From positions 1,926 through 65,925 of the forward strand of contig DZAZ01000002.1 in assembly GCA_022729755.1 (NCBI GenBank): DNA of 64,000 nt, in the 5' to 3' direction. This stretch comes from Helicobacter cetorum. Its GTDB lineage: Bacteria > Campylobacterota > Campylobacteria > Campylobacterales > BB28. Positions within the stretch are counted from its first letter, which is position 1; every line of letters starts with the position of its first letter. Positions 59,367 through 64,000 of the stretch are shown piece by piece. Both the position numbers and the translations under genes were made by a program. Below the pieces are notes generated by a model that worked only from the letters and a program-made list of their open reading frames with translations, ran no database searches and was not told the origin of the DNA.

Positions 59367-59676
59367 TTTTATGTTTTAACTCATCTAATGAAAACTCCTC
59401 AACATTTTTACCTTCTCTAGCCTCCTCAATAATAGTTTTAGTTTTATCATTTGGAATTTTTACATCAAATGGTATCCCTTTGTGTAAATTAACTTGATGT
59501 AAGAACATATTAAAAGCATCTCCCATTGAAATACCAAGTTCTTTAAATATCTTTTTTGCTCTCTCTTTTGCCTCTTTATCCAATTTAATACTTGTAGTTT
59601 CTTTCATAATTGAAATAGACATAAAAAATCTCCCATAATACTTTTGTGTTATTTTATCGTATTTTTTCATTAGCAC
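59356..59676 (-). CDS. dinJ: DinJ/RelB-family antitoxin
   Basis: TSIKLDKEAKERAKKIFKELGISMGDAFNMFLHQV is a ribbon-helix-helix DinJ pattern. It overlaps the toxin start. The true start is probably an internal Met (MSISIM or MKETT). Confidence 0.75.
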   Translation of the reverse strand: MLMKKYDKITQKYYGRFFMSISIMKETTSIKLDKEAKERAKKIFKELGISMGDAFNMFLHQVNLHKGIPFDVKIPNDKTKTIIEEAREGKNVEEFSLDELKHKNEN

Positions 59677-60049
59677 TAAATGAGCGTTTAAACTTGATAA
59701 TATGCCTATTTAAAAAAGTATACTTTGAGAGACTTTATTACTGAATTTCTCACCACCCACGCTTTTAAGTACTACCCTTTTGAGAAGTTAAGTTAATTCT
59801 ATTTAGAAACTTGCCAAACAAAAATAGCATATTTAAAAACTCATCAAATTTATGAGAAATATTATAAACTTCAAAACCGTTCATATTAACAATTCCTGCA
59901 TTCATATATTCATTGAGTTTTAAATTTTGAAATAGTGTTTTTACTTGAATATAATTTTTTCCTTTATGATTAATAGCTTTACTCCATTATAATTAACTAT
60001 CTGAAATTACGATAAAATACACTTATGTTAAATAAAAGGAAATTTATCT

Positions 60050-61087
60050 ATGTCTTCTTCAAAAATTAAAGTAGCTATAAATGGGTTTGGTAGAATTGGT
60101 AGGAGTATCGCTAAAATAATAGCAAAAAGAGATGATTTAGAATTAGTTGCAATAAACGATGTGGCTCCAATTGAAATTTTAGAAAACTTATTAAAATATG
60201 ATAGTGTGCAAGGTAGTTTTAAAGATGTGGAAATTTTGAGTGATAATTACTTAAAAATTTTAAATTCAAAAGTCAAAGTTTTGAGTGAAGAGGTTCATAA
60301 TAATTTAAACTTTGGCGAATTTGGGGCTGAAGTTGTAATTGAAGCGAGTGGTAAATTTTTAACTTTTGAGTATGGATTAAATCATATAAATAAAGGTGTC
60401 AAAAAAGTTATTTTTTCGGCTCCTGCAAAAGATGATACAAAGACTTTTGTACTTGGAGTAAATGAACATAATTACAATGGTGAAAATATTATTTCAAATG
60501 CTAGTTGTACTACAAATTGTATCGCTCCAATTGCAAAAATAATAAATGAAAATTTTGAAATACAAAAAGGTTTTTTAACTACAACACACAGTTATACAAA
60601 TGACCAAAATTTGCTTGATTCAAATCATTCTCGCGATATTAGAAGATGTAGGGCTTCTGCTATTAATATCATTCCGACAAGCACTGGTGCAACAAAAGCG
60701 ATGGGAAAAGTTTTACCTGAACTTAGAGATAAGTTTGATGGAGTAAGCTTAAGAGTTCCCGTTGCTAATGTTAGCATTGCTGATTTGAATATTTTGATTA
60801 AAAAAAACACTTCAAAAGAGGAGTTAAACGAACTTTTTATAAAAAAAGCACAAAATGAGTTAAAGGGAATAATTGAGATTGACAGTGATTTTAGGGTTTC
60901 TAGCGATTTTATTCTAAATCCTCACAGTGCAATTATTGCTAAAGATTTAACTCAAGTAATTGGTGGAAATTTGATTAAAATTATGGCTTGGTATGACAAT
61001 GAATGGGGTTATTCAAATAGATTAGTTGAAATGATAAAGTACATTTCAATTGACACTATTGCCCACAAAAATAATAAGAGGTGTTAA
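60050..61087 (+). CDS. gap: Glyceraldehyde-3-phosphate dehydrogenase family (type I)
   Basis: INGFGRIGR NAD motif and active site ASCTTNC, followed by WYDNEWGYS. Confidence 0.85.
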   Translation: MSSSKIKVAINGFGRIGRSIAKIIAKRDDLELVAINDVAPIEILENLLKYDSVQGSFKDVEILSDNYLKILNSKVKVLSEEVHNNLNFGEFGAEVVIEASGKFLTFEYGLNHINKGVKKVIFSAPAKDDTKTFVLGVNEHNYNGENIISNASCTTNCIAPIAKIINENFEIQKGFLTTTHSYTNDQNLLDSNHSRDIRRCRASAINIIPTSTGATKAMGKVLPELRDKFDGVSLRVPVANVSIADLNILIKKNTSKEELNELFIKKAQNELKGIIEIDSDFRVSSDFILNPHSAIIAKDLTQVIGGNLIKIMAWYDNEWGYSNRLVEMIKYISIDTIAHKNNKRC

Positions 61088-61756
61088 ATTTCGCAACTCT
61101 TTGAAAAAATTTTCATCTTTTTGATGTACTTCACCCAAAGTTAAGACTATTTTTTGTGCATTTTCAAAATAGCCTTTGCTTAAAAAAGCTACTAAAGTCT
61201 CTTTTGGATAAGCCTTTTTTTCTATCAATATTTCTACAATTTTTTTTGCATTGTGAGCACCCATTAAAATAATTAAATTTTCTCTAGGATTGAAATTTGT
61301 TATAATATTTTCAAAAATTTGAGTATTATGCCCCGTAATTGTACGATAAGAATCTGAATAATTTCTATCAATCAAAGGTATCATAAAAAACTCTGGAACG
61401 GCCGTAGTTGAGGAAACTCCTGAAATAACATTTGCTTTAATATTATGAGCTTTTAAAAATTGCACCTCTTCAAAACCTCTTCCAAAAACAAATGGAGTTC
61501 CACCTTTTAATCTTACAACTATATTTCCTTTTGCATACTTTAGTATTAAATTATTTATCTCTTCTTGTGCTAATAAATGGTTATTTTTTCGTTTTCCAAC
61601 ATTAATTTTTATAGTTTTATTTTTACAAAATTTTAATATTTCTTCGTTTATTAGGGCATCATAAAGCACTACATCTGCTTGTTTTAATATTTTAACTGCT
61701 TTTAGTGTTAATAACTCAACATCCCCAGCACCTGCACCAACTAAATAGACACTCAT
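61046..61756 (-). CDS. cobA: Uroporphyrinogen-III C-methyltransferase (SUMT)
   Basis: VYLVGAGAGDVELLTLKA...ADVVLYDALI and VVRLKGGTPFVFGRG motifs. Length 236 aa. Confidence 0.8.
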   Translation of the reverse strand: MSVYLVGAGAGDVELLTLKAVKILKQADVVLYDALINEEILKFCKNKTIKINVGKRKNNHLLAQEEINNLILKYAKGNIVVRLKGGTPFVFGRGFEEVQFLKAHNIKANVISGVSSTTAVPEFFMIPLIDRNYSDSYRTITGHNTQIFENIITNFNPRENLIILMGAHNAKKIVEILIEKKAYPKETLVAFLSKGYFENAQKIVLTLGEVHQKDENFFKELRNLTPLIIFVGNSVN

Positions 61757-61850
61757 TCATCTCCAATCTAATTAAATATTTCAATTTTATGTATCATTTA
61801 TTAAGTATTAGTTAAAATAATAGCTTATTTTATTTAAAGGATTTCTTTTA

Positions 61851-63140
61851 ATGCAAAAAAGCACCGCTCTAAAAGAACTATTAAAAGATTTTTCAATTTT
61901 ATATGTTGAAGATGAGCAAATAGTGAGGGAGACTTTAAGAGATATTTTGGCGAGAAAAGTAGATACAATCTATACCGCTGAAAATGGATTGATGGGGCTT
62001 GAAATATATAAAGAAAAGAAACCAGATATAATAATAACTGATATTAGAATGCCTTTGATGGATGGAATATCGATGGCAAAAGAGATAAAAGCAATTGACC
62101 CTGAAGCTCAAATTATAGTAACTACGGCACACAATGAGCTTGATATTTTGCTTGATGCAATTGAGACTGGAATTACTCAATATTTAATCAAACCAATTAG
62201 AAGTAGACAACTTATAACTTCGCTTGAAAAAGTTGCTGATATTTTAAACTTAAAACGAAGTATAGATAGAAAAAATAAGTTTATTCAAAATATTTTAAAT
62301 TTTCAAGATAATATTATTTTGGTTACAGATGGAAATTATATTAATACAGTCAATAAAGCTTTTTTGGACTTTTTTGGATTTAAAAGTATTGAAGAGTTTA
62401 GAGAGAAAGCTAAATGTATTTGTGAGTTTTTTATTGAAGAGAATGGATTTATTTGTCAGCCAAAAAGTATTGATGAAAATTGGCTAGAGACTATTATAAA
62501 AAATAAAGTTAGAGAACCAAAAGTTAAAATGAAAAATAGATATTTAGAGGAGCGAATTTTCATTGTAAAATTTGCATGTTTCCCTGAAATCGATTCTCAA
62601 TATATAGTATCTTTTACAGATGTAACTGAACTTGAAAATCAAAGAATAACCTTTAAAGCCCTAGCTTATCAAGACCCACTAACAAAAATAAATAATAGAT
62701 TAAGACTTGATGTTGTTTTAGAAAAAGAGATAGAAATTGCTAGAAAAGAGTCAATTTCACTCTCACTTGTAATGCTTGATATAGATTTTTTCAAAAAAGT
62801 AAATGATACTTATGGTCACGATATGGGTGATTATGTGTTGATAGAGTTGACAAATTTAATAAAAGTACGACTTAGAGATAACGATATGTTTGCAAGATGG
62901 GGAGGTGAAGAATTTATGATAATTCTTCCAAAATCTGATGCTGAACTTGCAAAAGAGATTGCAGAGAGACTTCGAGTAAGTGTACAAAATCATAAATTTG
63001 AAGATGTTGGAACAATTACTTGCAGTTTTGGAGTAAGCGAACTTATGGCAAATGATACTTATACAAGTTTTTTAAAAAGAGTTGATGATGCACTTTATAA
63101 AGCAAAAAATAATGGCAGAAACAGGGTTGAAAAACTCTAA
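61851..63140 (+). CDS. Response regulator with REC, PAS-like and GGDEF (diguanylate cyclase) domains
   Basis: REC motifs are ILYVEDE...IIITDIRMP...TAH...KP. The GGDEF domain carries RWGGEEFMII (GGEEF active site) and DIDFFKKVNDTYGH. Confidence 0.85.
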   Translation: MQKSTALKELLKDFSILYVEDEQIVRETLRDILARKVDTIYTAENGLMGLEIYKEKKPDIIITDIRMPLMDGISMAKEIKAIDPEAQIIVTTAHNELDILLDAIETGITQYLIKPIRSRQLITSLEKVADILNLKRSIDRKNKFIQNILNFQDNIILVTDGNYINTVNKAFLDFFGFKSIEEFREKAKCICEFFIEENGFICQPKSIDENWLETIIKNKVREPKVKMKNRYLEERIFIVKFACFPEIDSQYIVSFTDVTELENQRITFKALAYQDPLTKINNRLRLDVVLEKEIEIARKESISLSLVMLDIDFFKKVNDTYGHDMGDYVLIELTNLIKVRLRDNDMFARWGGEEFMIILPKSDAELAKEIAERLRVSVQNHKFEDVGTITCSFGVSELMANDTYTSFLKRVDDALYKAKNNGRNRVEKL

Positions 63141-63689
63141 ATGTTCAAACTTTTTCTTGCTTTCTTAGCTCCATTTCTTCTATTTTCTAACGACGATGAA
63201 TGCTCAATTGATTACTCTATTATGTATGCTATTCAAAAAATTGAAAGACATTCTAAATTTCCAATTGGTTATCCTTTTATTATCTCTTTTAACTCAAAGG
63301 AAGATGTTATTTTTGCAAAAAAAAAGTTTGATTTAAATTGGATAGATAATCGAAGTATAAATTGTGAAGAGTTAATAAAATGCGAAAAAATATTAAAAAA
63401 ATTAATAAAAATTAAAGTAGATAATTTAGATTTAGGTTCATTTCAAATAAATTATAAATATCATAAAATGAAATTAAGAGATTATTTTAATAATAAAAAA
63501 TCATATTTAAAAGCTTGTGAAATTCTACAAGATTTAATTCAAAGATACGGAACCTCGGCAGATACAATAGCAAGATATCACTCATCAACGGATAAGTATA
63601 AAAACATTTATGTCGATAAATTCTTTAAATCATTTATTGAAGAAAAGTTAATTGTTGGGGCAGATATATTTTATTACTATTTCGAGTAA
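63141..63689 (+). CDS. Lytic transglycosylase (SLT/IagB-like) domain protein
   Basis: Signal peptide, then a catalytic-Glu region (AIQKIER) and DLGSFQINYKYH, which resembles the SLT GxxQI motif. Confidence 0.45.
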   Translation: MFKLFLAFLAPFLLFSNDDECSIDYSIMYAIQKIERHSKFPIGYPFIISFNSKEDVIFAKKKFDLNWIDNRSINCEELIKCEKILKKLIKIKVDNLDLGSFQINYKYHKMKLRDYFNNKKSYLKACEILQDLIQRYGTSADTIARYHSSTDKYKNIYVDKFFKSFIEEKLIVGADIFYYYFE

Positions 63690-63713
63690 ATTTTAAGTGA
63701 ATAGTGGGGGAAG

Positions 63714-63980
63714 TTATCTACTTCCGCCACTTCCTCCACCCTCAACTACTCTACCTGTATCTACAACATATGGAACTAAAGCTATGTGTCTAGCTCTTTT
63801 TATTGCTCTTTCTACCAATTCTTGGTGTTTTTTGCAATTGCCTGTAAGTCTTCTAGGCATAATTTTATATCTTTCTGAAAGAGAGTGTCTTAATATTCTC
63901 AAATCTTTGTAATCTATATGGTTCACTTTCATTTCACAGTATTTACAACTTTTTTTTGTATATTTTCTTTTTTCAGCCAT
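63714..63980 (-). CDS. rpsR: 30S ribosomal protein S18
   Basis: YIDYKD-type motif ([27 protein letters not shown]) and [11 protein letters not shown]. Length 88 aa. Confidence 0.9.
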   Translation of the reverse strand: MAEKRKYTKKSCKYCEMKVNHIDYKDLRILRHSLSERYKIMPRRLTGNCKKHQELVERAIKRARHIALVPYVVDTGRVVEGGGSGGSR

Positions 63981-64000
63981 TTATATTCTCCTTAAAACGG

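Noticed and set aside
61046-61087. The 42-nt convergent overlap between the 3' ends of gap and cobA as a regulatory or antisense feature.
   Set aside because: It is more simply explained by a slightly extended gap C-terminus (...SIDTIAHKNNKRC) in AT-rich DNA where stop codons define the ends. There is no hairpin or other signal, and convergent overlaps also occur at nusA/tilS.
1-64000. CRISPR arrays, rRNA genes or intact tRNA genes.
   Set aside because: I found no regularly spaced 25-40-bp direct repeats, no rRNA-like GC-rich conserved blocks and no foldable complete cloverleaf. The only tRNA-like sequence is the 24-nt 3' fragment at 56331-56357.
63992-64000. The last 9 nt (ttaaaacgg, reverse complement CCG TTT TAA = ...PF*) as the 3' end of ssb, which would fit the conserved rpsF-ssb-rpsR order and the SSB C-terminal IPF tail.
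   Set aside because: It is plausible, but only two codons plus a stop are visible. That is too little sequence to report as a feature.

Overview
AT-rich (about 27-30% GC by eye) chromosomal segment from a Campylobacterota bacterium, probably Arcobacter-like (inferred from gene content and TTG/ATGA-coupled gene starts). The backbone is ordinary. It includes translation and tRNA modification genes (miaB, rimO, tilS, truA, ttcA, nusA, gatC, rpsR), scattered cobalamin genes (cbiE/T, cbiF, cobQ, cobA, a cobT-like gene) and a flagellar hook cluster (fliK-flgD-flgE-like-flgE with sigma54-type promoters, plus fliL with a sigma28-type promoter). It also includes purF, dapB, trxAB, lgt, lnt, pilT, kdsB, gap and a REC-GGDEF regulator. 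Five compact accessory islets sit between these core genes. (1) 10.2-15.7 kb holds a decayed IS4/Tn5-like transposase, an hsdS tail remnant, two consecutive reverse transcriptases (DRT type 3-like, UG3+UG8 architecture), a structured downstream intergenic region and a Fic protein. (2) 24.7-26.5 kb holds an ABC-type ATPase plus a DUF4435/Toprim pair (PARIS/AriAB-like), wedged without spacers between a NeuB/PseI-family gene and a hisF paralog. (3) 35.9-40.7 kb holds a translationally coupled operon: a C5-cytosine methyltransferase, a 725-aa protein combining a MORC/Hsp90-like GHKL module with a histidine-kinase core, and a 482-aa receiver-like protein with an unrecognisable C-terminal region. 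I rank this as the best candidate for an undescribed methylation-linked, two-component-like defence system. (4) 52.0-54.0 kb holds an SMC/ABC-like ATPase plus a 207-aa unknown partner. (5) 56.3-59.8 kb is a decayed integrative islet with an orphan tRNA 3' fragment, phased decamer repeats, VapBC and DinJ-YafQ modules, a stand-alone PD-(D/E)xK protein and nested inverted repeats. I saw no rRNA gene, intact tRNA gene or CRISPR array. All calls rest on reading the translated ORFs for motifs. No database search was run.
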